Source: Camelus ferus (taxonomy: Eukaryota). Taken from it: a DNA stretch of 64,000 nt. Within the stretch, counting starts at the first letter, position 1. Every line of letters begins with the position of its first letter. A program made the translations under genes and the position numbers. The notes under the pieces are model-generated. The model was not told the DNA's origin. It did no database searches and saw nothing but the letters and a program-made list of their open reading frames with translations. This document shows positions 51,821 through 64,000 of the stretch, one piece after another. The stretch lies in NCBI RefSeq assembly GCF_009834535.1, contig NC_045697.1, forward strand, positions 70,744,001-70,808,000, given 5' to 3'.

Positions 51821-52329
51821 TAATAATGTTAGTAATTCCATTATACACAATAGAAATTCGTTTTTCAGGAAAAAACATGGATTTAAAGTTTATTAACCAC
51901 CTCCAATATTTTCTTCCCCAGCCCGTCCTTTCTAGAGCATGTGGAACGAGATACAAACAAGACAGTAAACTATTCTCTTTCTAATTTCTAAGGACAGTTT
52001 TTAAACCAAGAGAGCATCCATTTGATATTTTAGCAAGTCATCTGAGATCAGGACTTTAAATTAGCAGGTTGAACCATACAACATTGTTGGTATTACCAGA
52101 CAAAATTCATCAATTATTGAAGTTACTGATAACTTCATACAGTTCAACCTATTAAGTTTCAGTTTCTCTCGGTGGTACTTCAACCCAGAGTGGTTACAGT
52201 AAAGAAGGCAAATTAAAAATTCCATGTACAATCCAGAATTAATTAAAGCCCAGCAAAGGGGGGATAAAATAGAAGTCACAGCCACCATATTCAAGGAACT
52301 TAGAATAAGTTCATACAAGAAACAGTCAG

Positions 52330-53900
52330 GGCCACTGTAACACAAATAATAATCACATCATCATGAAATTGTAGGTGAAGAAAGCTACAGAAATTTAGGT
52401 AAAAGCATGGATTTGAGCTTTGAGAAAATGGATTGGCAAGAAAAGGGCAGAAGGAACAGCACAGTAAAGAGCAGACAACTGGGGACCATCAAGAAGTGTG
52501 AGGTATGTGGAGTCCAGAAAGGAGAAACGACTAATTGGGTCTTGAATTCATGGGATCCATGAGGAGTTTAGGCTAGACAGGTAAGAAAGAAAAGCAGAAA
52601 GTGGGAGGAGAAACCTGGACTTGATTCTGCCAGGAGTGCTATTTGTCTTTTCCATGAGATTCTTGCTCATAAAGCCATATGATCTAGGAGGATTAAACTG
52701 GTAACAGGCACAGTATTAAGAGACTAGGGTAGAGCAACAAGTATCCAGGGTCAAGTGTGAGGGCCAGGGTTGGGGTGGTAAAAATGAGAACAACATTTTG
52801 AATTCAACATGTTGAATCAGAGACAGAGTTTGAAGGAAGAAGTTAAAGGATTTGTTTTTTGATTTGACCTACGGAGTAGAAAAATGACTCTAAGATATTG
52901 AACCTAAGTGATTAAGAAAAACGGGGTTTTATTGTTTAAAAGAAAAGTAAAATGGGAAAGAATAAGAGGTTGAGGAGATGATTTATTCTAATCAATATAG
53001 AAAGCAATACATGCTTATTATTGCCTGCAGGCTGTCTCAAGTATTGAGCACTGAGGAATGTTAGAATGTAAACACATGTACACATATGTGTGTGTATTAT
53101 ACTTACTCAATCTTTGAAACAATGTTGTAAGAAAATTATCAGTATTTCAATCTCATAAGTAAGGAAATGGAGACTCAGAGAGGTAAAATAATTTTCTCAA
53201 AATTGCACAGCACTAAGTATGTATGAGTCCTAAGAACAAAGCCAATACTCGTTCACCTATTTCACCCAAGTGGAATTTGAAATGACAGCTGAAACTTCAA
53301 GTGGCTAAATCTTAAATACAGCATAGAAGAGAAGACTAGAGCTAAAATAAGAAGAGAAGAGAGAATCATTGAATTTGGAAGTCATCAGGACGGGCTGAGC
53401 TTTCAAAGTAGGGTTTAGAACTACAGGAGGAAGACGAAGGAAACAAACTAAAATCCTGGAAGTTACTTAAGAGTAATGGATAAGGTACAGAGGACAGGTC
53501 AAAAAAAGAGAACCAGAGAGCGAGACTGTTAGAGAGAACAGTATTACATGTCTCAGTTATTTATCAAGTATGCACTGAATATTCATAAACCTCCAATAAA
53601 TGGCAGCTTCTGTGACTATAGTAGGGGACAAACCTCTGCCTTCATGGAACGAGGAGGGGAAGAAGACTGACGTTCACCTAAATCATCACATCTACAGTTG
53701 TACATTTTTTAAATGCTACTGTGACAGTTTAGAGTAAGGGCTTCAGTTGGGATGGAGTGGAAGGGTTTACAGGTTTCCTTGAGAAAGGGACAAAAGAATT
53801 GACATCTTAAAGGTCCAAAGGAAGTTAAACAGCTGAAAGTTGTTGTAGGCAGAGGGGACTACTGCAGTAGAGGGAGAACATGCTCAAAAGGTGAGTGCCC
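52330..53900 (-). mobile_element. Mosaic of L2 fragments with a MIR (about 53010-53260)
   Basis: Purine-rich reverse-L2 phrases ('aaatgactctaagatattgaacctaagtg', 'tttatcaagtatgcact...ctgccttcatggaac'); MIR 'aaggaaatggagactcagagaggtaaaataatt'. Confidence 0.55.
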
Positions 53901-55139
53901 ACAGAAGCAACCCACATTTGCAGGATCAAATAATTCTGGAGCGTGGGCTGTCCCATCCTGGACTTTTAAGAATCTCCATTGTGTGAGGTTTATTGTTATG
54001 AAGACAGCTTCTATCTGTACCTGACCACTAAAGGAGTTCTGAACTGGCACTTCTGGACTCTCCCCACAGTTTCACTTGATGACACAGAAGACCTATCACC
54101 AAAACTTCTATTATTTTTGAAATTTATAAATTGATAATAAGATTTCTGCTAATTAGATTGTCACCTTAGGATCAAATTACAATGTTAACAGAGAATCTTG
54201 GCCTACCATGGCTGACATAATATACCCCAAAGGGGTACTAAAATGAAAAAAAAAGGGGTGAATATCAGAAAATGTTGAGAGAAATCTATTTCCCAACAAT
54301 CCCTGATGCTTGTGCTCTGATTCTTTTTCTCTTATCTTTAGTTCCTAAATGGAATGGAGCAGCAGCAAAATGCAAGTCTTTGTCCCATGAAGAAATAAAA
54401 CCCCACAGCCCTCTCCACCTTTATGTGGTCATAAAACAGGCAGAAGAGCAAGACGGTGGTGTTGCTCAGAAGAGTACCACATCCCTATGTTAGTGAGCTG
54501 AGCAATTTCCCTATGGTTACTTGTATTGTCATAAACATCACATTTTAAGGAAGCTACATTTGCAACAAGCCAATGGACTGGGGGAGCACATATCCACATG
54601 GTTAATACATTCTGCATCCTTTGTTAAGAAGTGTCTTGGTCTCCTAGCAACATTGTAGGGAAATCTATCAGGGGTATGAAATTAGACGGCCATGTAGGTG
54701 GAATACCTGTAGAGTGTTCAGTTTTATGAAAAGACTTCACTAAAAATTATATATATTATGCAAAATGCTGCAGTAATGTAAGGTTAAGGTAAAAATTGTT
54801 CAACTCCCCCACAAGCAATTTAGAGTTTCACAGTACCCAGTAGACAAGGGTCTACAGTGTACAGAGAAAAAAAAAAGAAAGACATTATGTGGGATGCTAG
54901 ATAGGTTAACCATTCATGATTAGGGAGAATTTTCTCCTCAAAAAGAGATTTCAGGGCATCTTGATCCAGGCTCTTCTTTGTAAAAAAAAAAAACCTTCTC
55001 CTAACTTTTCTGTAAATAAATAAAATTAGAATTACAAATTTCAAGGAACAAAGATGCAAAGCCCTGCACTTTGTAGGTAGTGGTTGCAGCCACAAGTCAA
55101 ATCCTCACCTGTGCAAGGCCCACTGTGGGTTGTCTTCTT

Positions 55140-55265
55140 TTTCAAAGGGTGTTTGAGGACCAGCCTCATGCAGATTCCTGGGCCACAACTCCACAACTCT
55201 TCCTGGAGAAGTGAGTCCCAGGATCTGCATGTGACCAAGCTGCCCAGGTGATTGTGAGAAACACT
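55140..55265. mobile_element. hAT-Charlie MITE fragment (MER5-like)
   Basis: 'atgcagattcctgggccaca...cccaggatctgcatgtgaccaagctgcccaggtgatt...gagaaacactg'. Confidence 0.65.
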
Positions 55266-56319
55266 GCTGTATTTTACAGAAAGTATTCTTAATGGTGTCT
55301 GCCCATTCCTTCACTCAAGGCCATTATTTTCCATTGGAGAATGAGAAAACTTGCTCTTACAAAGGACCTATAATGTTTTTCTTCAGCTCAATTGGCTACA
55401 GAACAAAAATCCCTTTAAACAACAGAACAAGATTTTTCTTCTCAGCTATTTATTTACATGTGTAGTTTTATTCATTTCCTTTGCTATATCCTTCCAACTA
55501 ATTTCATCAAAATTTGTGGTCTACTGTGTATCCACAACAAAATCATAAGCTGGAACTCTTATAGAGCTGAATATCCATATACTCTTGGCTTTTCTGTTTT
55601 GGATGCCGTGTCGGGTGCTGGAGATTTGGTAAGTAGGATAGGTTGCTTCTGTCTATGTGGAACTAGCAGTCAACTGAGAAAGGGAAACAAGTAATATGTG
55701 TTACAGATGGGTGCTATCAAGATCACTGGCTTAAAATTTTAAACACACTTTAGGTCCTGAAAGACTTTTGATTCTGAATTCTAATTATACTCTTTAAATA
55801 AAAAATCAATTGTTTGGTACTATCCATATTTATTTTACAAGCCATCAAAGACATACAACAGAAGGGTTAAAGATCCAACAAAGAATGGTTAAATTGTCTT
55901 GACGCTTTTGGAACAATATGAAATGCCTTGGGACAGAGGAAATGATTTCTCTCTTCTCTATGTCAGAGTTTCTCTGTACCCCACACCATGTTTTAATCCT
56001 GGATCAAGGATGCAGAGTAGGAAGTGGCAAAAAAAAAAAAAAAAAAAAAAATGACCCTGTCAGAGTTTTATAGTTCTGCTTCTTTTATGTTTACTTAAAT
56101 TAGGACTAGTTTCCTGATAAAAGCACCTGCTACACTAAGCCAAAAAGCTAAAATCTGATCAGATTTTTAAAAGCAGGATCTTAAGGTTCTTCACATTGGA
56201 TGTAGACAGGAGAAAAGAAAATCTGGGGGCAGGAAGTTATTTAAGAAGCTTGATGCAAAACAAATACAGTCTAAACTGCAAGACAATTTTCTTTCAAAAT
56301 TCACTGTCAAGATTTCTGG

Positions 56320-56780
56320 GTGGTGGGGGTTCCAGAGTTAGATTGTATCTACGACATGTGTATTCCAACCTGAGTGCCCTTTCTTGGGTCACCTTTCATT
56401 TCACTAGAGAAGCCAAATGGGAGGTGTCTCCTCTCCCTATTCTTTGGCAGCCAGAGCTTGGGCACGTGAGTCCCAGAGCAGAGACATAAAGGTGCAAGGC
56501 CAGGTATTCTTTGAAGCAGCTGTGATAGAGTGAAGACTCTAATAACTTAAGGAGTGATGAGTGGTTAACGGTGCAGTGATGCCACTAGCAGCAGCATCCC
56601 AAGCAGAGAGGCCTCAGGAAAGGATTTTACCTGTGCTTTGACTCCTTTGGTTACTACTCAAGCTTCTTCATTCATTCTTCTCATTACTTTTGTGATCTGA
56701 AACTTTCTAACAAATTCTTTTGCTGCTTAAGTTAATCTGAGTCAGTTACTGTTCTTATGCACTCAAGAACTTTGACTATG
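56320..56780 (+). mobile_element. ERVL/MaLR LTR (LTR33-like)
   Basis: 3' end 'ttctaacaaattcttttgctgcttaagttaatctgagtcagttactgttcttatgcactcaagaactttgact'. Confidence 0.55.
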
Positions 56781-57074
56781 GTGAGTAGGAAGCGGGGTCA
56801 TGAATCATGGAGAAGAAAGGCTATACTAGGTACAAAAGAAACAAGCATCAGCTCCAGAAGAAAAGACGGGCAGGGAGGAGGTTTCTCGTTTGGATCTAGG
56901 ACCTGTGGGTGAACTGAGATTGCTACATGGAGAGAAAGTTAGATGGGAAAGCTACACCTGACACTTTGAGAGATTCCTAGATGGGTTAAACTCATCTAGG
57001 AGGCACCACGGCAACTAGTGAGTGGGGCTATTTCCAGAACCTACTTGCTCCAGGTTTAGGAAGACTTCTAATAC

Positions 57075-58130
57075 ACTCATTCATTTAGTTATTCTTTTAC
57101 TCAGTCTGCCATTACCAGAGACCTAATATGAGCCAGCACTCTTGGTAAACAAGATAGAGATGGTGCCTGCCCTCCTAAAAATTACACATGAGCAAGACAG
57201 ATACTAAACAAATAGTTATAAACACAGTTGATCCTCGTTATTCAGATTCTATATTCGTGAATTCACCTACTTGCAAAAATGTATTTCTAACTCCTAGATC
57301 AGTATCCACTGTGCTTCAGCAGTCATAGGTGGCTGTGTTCAGAGCTGTAAAAAATTAAAGTTGCCAGATGCACGAGTTCCCACCTGAGGTTGAATAAGAG
57401 TCATTCTGCCTTCCTATCTGAGTTCTCTCTCACACAGAGATGATCAGATAGCCATGACAGGGACAGTAGAGTGCACGGAGCTCTGACTCTGGGGCCAGTT
57501 GACCAGCTTGAATCCCAACCTGGCACCTGTTGGGGAGTATCCCCAGGCAAGTCACTTAACACCTCTGAACCTCGTCTTTTCTCTTGTGAAATAAAGAAAA
57601 TAGAAACTACCAGGATGAGTTGTTTTTAGGATTTAAGGTTATAATCTATATGAGATATAGACACAGCAGTAGATATAAATGTATAGATAAAGATATATGT
57701 GGATATATTTCCCCAGGAGCAATGTTTCAGTATTTGATAATTAAGTGCTTGGGGGCACAACTATAGCAAATAATGATAATTGACTTAATCAGTTTTACTA
57801 AAATGACAAATATAGGGTGTTATGGTGGGAATACGTAGTAAAACCTAATTTAATCAGGGAATCAAGGAATGTCACCATGAAGAAGTTAGTATCTGAAGCA
57901 TGAACAAAATTATGGAAGCAAGGTTGTGTAAAAGAAATGCTCTAGAGAGAAGTGCAGAGAGAATGTGCTGCTATGACTGAACCAGAGAACGGTCTGAAGA
58001 AAGGAGAAGGGGGAAGAATGAGGCTCGTGGGCACAGGAAGTTAGTCCATTCAATTCCTGTGTGGCCACTTTAAGAAATTTGGGATTTACCCTGAGCATAT
58101 GGGAAGCAATTGATGAATTTTATGTGGAGC
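57075..58130 (-). mobile_element. L2 3' region, split by a DNA transposon
   Basis: 'ctcattcatttag...tgagccagcactcttggtaaacaagatagagatggtgcctgccctc' resumes after 57786 with L2 body. Confidence 0.7.
57225..57786. mobile_element. TcMar-Tigger-type non-autonomous DNA transposon containing a MIR-like segment
   Basis: Imperfect TIRs 'cagttgatcctcgttatt' and 'aataatgataattgact'; internal MIR core 'ggcaagtcacttaacacctctgaacctcg' (MIR-like span about 57460-57670). Confidence 0.75.
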
Positions 58131-58599
58131 CTTAGCTTTTTATTACCCTTGCTGGCCAACACTAATTTAAAGATGTAAGACAGGTACGAATCAGGAGGAC
58201 TGAGACTCCTTGTGAATTGAATGCCAAAATTGGTATCAAAAGCACATCTCAGATCAATCTGTGTAGTTTCTTACTCATATTTTAAGTCCCTTCCCTCAAG
58301 GAAACTAAAGAAATTACTGACTCTAGAATCAACTGTAAGTAAGACCTCTCTAACAGTTTATTTAAAAAACAAAAGAGAAAATAAATTAAGAAACTTAATT
58401 TCAAGTGTTTTTAAAGATTATTTTTAAACTAGAGAGAGTAGTTGTCTTTCTCAAGTTTTAAATGTAACAAGATTTTATTTAAAAAAAAAATACAACCTCT
58501 AAGAGTGTTTCCTAAACTATTCATCTTTGCCATAATCCAAGATTACGTCTTGCTTCTTACCCACAACTTGGAAGTCTACTAAACACTTCCCCTAATTTA

Positions 58600-58860
58600 A
58601 ATACATTTTATTGAAGTAAAATATATCCAGTAAAAGTAATCCATTTTCCGTGGACAGTCTGATGAAATCCACAGCAATCAAAATTGAGAACATTTTTCAT
58701 CCTAGAAGAGTCCTCTGCTGGAACTTTTCAGTCCACTCTTTCTCCCTACGTTAGACCCAAGCTAACATTTATCTGCTTTCTAACACCATAGGCTTATTCT
58801 GTTAAGAATTTCATATAAGGAAATCATAGAGTATTCAGTCTTTTGTGCCTGTTTCATTTT
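58600..58860 (-). mobile_element. L1M 3' end fragment
   Basis: 'cattttattgaagtaaaatatat...gaatttcatataaggaaatcatagagtattcagtcttttgtg'. Confidence 0.75.
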
Positions 58861-58879
58861 AGATATTATATGTTATTGA

Positions 58880-61800
58880 GGTTTTATGGAGTAATTTTCA
58901 GGTTTTTTTCTCTGTGTGCTTTATTTTGGTTACTTTTCACTGTTATGTCTTCAAGTTCACCTATCTTTTTTTTAATTTCAAATATTCTTTTTAATATTAT
59001 TTAGTGTATTTGTTATTTCAGATACTATATTTTTAATCTCTAATATTTTGGAGGAGTTTATATATGTAATGCTAATATATATATACATATATATATGTAT
59101 GTATTTTTTACATCCTTGACTATAATTCTATGCTCTATACCAGTTCCTTTAAGATTTTTGTCAATTTTATTATTTCTGCCATTTCTGTTTATACTCTCTT
59201 TTTTTTTTTCTGGCTATAGGTCATATTTTCCTGCTATTTGCATGGCTGGTAGTTTTCACTTGGGTTCCAGACACTGTGAATTTTATATTGTTGAGTCTTG
59301 GATTCTGTCAGGGATTCTCCCCCTTTCAGAAGTGTTGGATTATGTTCTAGCAAGTGTTAAACTGTTTGAGAAGCAGTTAAATCATTTTGAAACTTACTTT
59401 GTAAGCTTTGTTCCAACGAGCCTTTCCTTCTGGAGATAATTTAGCCTCCTTACTAAAGTATGATCCTTTTGAGGACTGGATTTAATGCCCTGTATAGTAT
59501 GAGGTCTCTACTCTTGCTGGTGGAAACACAAACTACTTCTGGTGTAAACTCAGAAGATTGTTCTGTTTACTGCTTTCTGGTGTGCTTTTCTCCAGATCCT
59601 GGAGAGTCTTACCCAACACACATACAGGTAAGTGTAAAGGTTCCATGGGAGCTCTATGAAGATGCTGGGAACTCTCTCTGTGAGCAGCTTACTCTTCTTC
59701 AATACTCTGCCCCACAAATTCTATCCACTTTGGTTTCTCTGAACTGTGATCTCTGTCTCTTCAATTCAGTAAGACCACTAGTCTCTATGTCAAACAGCCA
59801 TCCCTGCTCCTAGACCTGAACACTGCCTCCAGGGAGAAAGCTCATGCAATCATAGGACTCACCTAGTTCGTTTCTCCTCTCTGGATCTCCATCTAGATGG
59901 CCTGCTATGCAATCTCTGAAAATTCATGTTTCATAAATTTTATTGATTATTCTAGTTATTTATAGCAAGAAAGAAGGCAATTGTCACAGTAATTATTCAT
60001 CTTTTCCAAGTAAGAGAAAAAAGGATAAATATTTAATTATACTGTCTTTTGTATTTACCTACCTAATGACCTTTACTTGCCCTCTCCATTTTTTCATATA
60101 GATTCACAGTACTGTTTTGTGTCACTAGCTTTCTTTCTGAAGCATCTTCTTTAATATTTCTTAAGGCAAGTCTGCTAGCAACAAATTCTCTCAGTTTTTG
60201 TTTACCTGAGAATATCTATTTTGCCTTCATTTTTGAAAGATAGTTTTGCTAAATAAAATATTGTTGGTTGACAGTTTTTACTTTCAGCACTTTGAGTACG
60301 TCAACCTACTGCTGTCTAGACTTCACTGTTCCTAATGAGAAGTCAGCCATTAATATTATTGGGGTTTCCTTATATGTGATGAGTAATTTTTTTCTTACTG
60401 TTTGCAAGATTTTTCTCTTGAAAGATCTTGAAAAGATTCTTGAAAAATCTTGAAACATTTTTAGCTTTCAACATTTTTACTGTGACATATATGACTATGG
60501 ATCTCTGAGTTTATTTTTTGGGGAAATTACTGCACTTCTTGGATGTATAAGTTAATAATTATCATCAAATTTGGTAAGTTTTAGCCTTTTTTTTTTTCAA
60601 AAAAAAATTTCTGCTTCTCCTTTCTCTCTTCCTGATGCTTCAATTACACATATGTTGGTGCACTTAAAAGTGTCCCATATATATATATTCATTTTTCTTC
60701 ATTCTATTTCTCACATTGTGTAATCTCTGCTGCTCTTTCTTCAAGATCACTGAATCTCTCTTCTGTCACTTCAGGTGTATTGTTGAGGCCTTCTACTAGT
60801 TACTGTACTTTTCAACTCCAGAAATTCCACTTTGTTCTTTTTCCTAACTTCTATCTCTTTATTGGTATTTTCTATTTGATAAAACATTATCATCATCATC
60901 ATCTCATCATCCTTTAACTCTTTAAGCATGGGTTTTTTGTTTTTGTTTATTTGTTTGTTTGTTTCTTTGACATAATTATCAGAGCTGCTTTAAAGTCTGT
61001 CTGCAAAGACAACCATCCAGGCCACTTAAAAAGGATTTTCTATTGCTTTAATTTTTTTCTTATTTATTGGTCATACTTTCCTAGGGTTTTTTTGCATATA
61101 TCATAATATTTTTGTTGAAAATTATACATTTTAGAAAATATATTGTAACAAGCATAGGTACTGATTCCTCGAAACCTGGGCATCCTTACTGTTTGCCTGA
61201 TGGTTTATTTGCTTAGTGACTTGGCTCACCTAATTCTGAAAAGTTTATTTTGCCTGCAGTATGCAGTTTCTGATGTCCTTGCTCAGATTTTTTTCCCCTT
61301 ACATTAACCTTTTAGCCTTGGCTATTTAGGAATAACCCCAGGTTGATTTAAGCCACTTACTGATAGAAAGGTTATGCTTAAGCCCTCTTACTAAGTTATA
61401 TTTTTTACCCTTTACCATTGAATATGTGTGTGGCTTGGAGGCTGCTCTCATAGTTCAGAGATTTTATGGGTTTTGCCCCATGCTAGCTGAGGACTAGAAG
61501 ATTAGAGGTTCTCTCCCTGGTCCTCTCTGAGAGGGTACAGCCTTGGGCATGTACATAGTCTTCCAGATTTCCAGGGATAAAAGTAATTTTGTTTTTAAAC
61601 CTGGCTTTCTAAAAGTTGCCCCTGGGTCAGAGTAGCCAATGGTTCAATTAACATTTACTCAAAGGTTCCGTATAAGCCCCTTATTCCAGTGAGGCTTCTG
61701 CCCTGTGTTAATGGGTCTGTGTGCAGCACTGGGAATGCTTTCAAGTCTGCCCGACATCCTGCTCTGACTGCTCCTGAGTGGGTGTGGCCTAGCACGAGAG

Positions 61801-62705
61801 CACAGACTGCGATCATAGAACACCTTTTACTGTCTCTTTTCCTGGTTCTTCTTTTAAATTGCTGACTGTTCTGCCATTTTACTTACATCAGAGAGTTACC
61901 AGCTTCCTCTTGACTGCCTTCTGCCCAGATTTTCATTGTTTTCAACAATGTTCTTAGGCATGTGTTCTCCATTCTCTGTTCCAGATATGCTCAGTCTCCT
62001 CAAGCACAGCTGCAGTTTCTGTCCTTAAGGCCTGCCTTTCTCACTGGGAAAGGCCTCTATATACCACGGAACCAAACTCGTAGAGGGGGGCCCACCTTTC
62101 CCAGAGCAACACGCTGTGGACACTGGGGAAATGGTAGCCTTTGGTCTTCTTAGCTTGGCCCTCCTATAGTGGAACTTCCACTCTATGAGTAAAATGGAGT
62201 AGGGGGTGTTCGAGTGCCAGTGTTCACAAGTGCCAAGCCTGAAGTAGGCAGTTCACCCTAAGTGTGGGAGCAAGGTGGGAGAAAGGAGACCCAGTCCTCT
62301 CTGCTGCACCTACGTGGAATAAAGGTTCTGTAATACGAGGCTGAGGGGGAGAGGGATAAGAAATGCTGGCAGTCTGCTCTTTCTCAAATGAAACTGTAGC
62401 TTAAGACTAGGAGCTGGGGAGAGAAGGGGTCCCTGTCTTCCTGGCTGCACAGGTCCAAGGTAGAACCCCCATTACACAAAGCATTGGGGTGGGTAAGGAA
62501 GCAGGTTAGTTCTCAAATGCTACAGACTCTCACTGTTCTTACCAAGATCAAACAGATTTTCTTGAATGAAACTTTGTCCATTTGCTATATGCCCTTAGGA
62601 CAATTTATAGGGAATTTAAATGACTGCTTGTAAAAAAATAGTAATTTTTAACAGTTATTTTGCTAGAGAGAGTTCCACTACTCTCGTTACTCTTCTATTC
62701 CAAAA
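58880..62705 (-). mobile_element. Ancient L1M 5' UTR/ORF1 segments (at least two fragments, junction near 60010)
   Basis: Reverse ORF1 'ttttgccttcatttttgaaagatagttttgct...ctaatgagaagtcagccattaat...atcaaatttggtaagttttagcc' followed by more GC-rich 5' UTR-like sequence. Confidence 0.8.
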
Positions 62706-63089
62706 GTCTTGTTTAGATATACTTGTTACTTTTTCAGAATTTGATCATTTCTCATCTGAAAAATTTTTAAGCTTATCCCATTTAATCTTCTTGTCTTTCC
62801 AGGGCCTCAATCTTGCCAATTCTTCAGTTGGAAAACAAAACAATAAACTAAATTAATAGCCCTTTTGTTCCTTGCAATACCTTCATGTCACTGCTGCTAC
62901 AGAAGCTTGAAATGAATTTCCCTCCCTATTTCTCCTCCATCCCTTCGTTCACTTCCTCGTTACTTCCATCATTTTCACAGTTCTCTCTGTAATTTTATTT
63001 GTAGCTATTTCCTCTTCCCCATCAAAGATACACCAGCTCTGTCCATCATCAGTTTGTTGTTGTTGTTGTTGTTTAGGTGAAAACTAATT

Positions 63090-63790
63090 TCTCCCTATGC
63101 AACAAAATAAGATCAAAGAAGTTAATTCACATAAAGTATTTAGAAGAGTACCTGGCACATAGTAAGTAGACAAAATAGATAAAGTAGTTTTTATTTTTAA
63201 TGAAAGGCTAAAACAGAGTCCTAGAAGGTTAGAAGTAGAAGTGGCGTCAGCATTCAGCTATTTCTGCTCTACATTTTATAGATGGGACATCTACAAAGAA
63301 ACAAATGACTTACCCAAGACTTCAGATCAAATACATACATTATCTCATGTGTTTGAACCTGTGAAGATACCATCTCACTTACAATGAGCCTATGAAGTAG
63401 GTTGACTGGGTAACATTATAATGAGCATTTGTAAAACTGAGGCACATGGAAGTTAATGACTTGCCTAGGCTCATACCACTACGGAAGGACAGGACTGGGG
63501 CTAGAGGCAGATCTCCTGACGGACCAAAGGTACTGGATCACCTAACATGTTACTGAGTTTATTTTGGATTTTTTAAATGCATTTTAACAATCCTTTACAA
63601 TTTACTAAGTGTTTTCACATAATTTATGCCACTTGCTCTAACAAGTGGTGGAGGAGGTAGGGCAACACGAACAAAGGAATGTCACGGTCCTCTGAGAGAT
63701 CAGGAGTCAGGGTGCACAGCTAGCAAGATGTAAAACCAGGACCCCATGACTCCTACTCCAAGGCCAGTGCCCCTGCCTCTCCACCAGCCC
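63090..63790. mobile_element. Cluster of MIR fragments
   Basis: 'gagtacctggcacatagtaag', 'ttttatagatggg...tgacttacccaagac', 'aaactgaggcacatggaagttaatgacttgcctagg'. Confidence 0.7.
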
Positions 63791-64000
63791 GCCTCAGCAC
63801 AGCTCTCCCAGGACAAACGTGCTCTCTCCCTGTCACAGAGAGCCTTCTCACTTGACCATTAAAGCTCCAGTCAAGCAACTTCATAAAATAAACTGTGCAT
63901 ATTAAGGAGGTTCAAGATTATAGAAGTTTACCATTTTTGTTCTAAGATTTTAAAATTTCATGAAGCAATTTCATGCTATTACTTCCATTTGTTTTCAGTT

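Noticed and set aside
59095..59813. Two 114-117 aa plus-strand ORFs
   Set aside because: Antisense to old L1M sequence
1..64000. CRISPR arrays, operons, tRNA/rRNA/snRNA genes, processed pseudogenes, CpG island
   Set aside because: No regularly spaced repeats, long ORFs, recognisable structured-RNA sequence or CpG-dense segment seen by eye; tRNAscan-SE and Infernal could not be run

Overview
AT-rich, CpG-depleted mammalian nuclear DNA, intronic or intergenic, made largely of decayed transposable elements. I recognise no intact host protein-coding gene, RNA gene, CpG island or prokaryote-type system. The dominant feature is a ~5.2 kb 5'-truncated, inactivated LINE-1 (11483-16637, +) with a 12-bp target-site duplication at a canonical TT/AAAA site. 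Its 3' UTR style is cetartiodactyl-like. I saw no Alu, Bov-A/tA, PRE-1, CHR-2, Can- or ERE-type SINEs, so a camelid source is my best inference. The window also has an ERV-L integrase/dUTPase remnant with LTR, many MaLR/ERVL solo LTRs, old L1M, L2, CR1/L3 and MIR fragments, and a Tigger-type MITE carrying MIR sequence. The repeat-poor stretch at ~26-46 kb holds several well-formed candidate exons and transcription-factor motif clusters. These are the best leads for unannotated function but are unverified. Repeat family names come from remembered consensus sequences, and most repeat boundaries are approximate.
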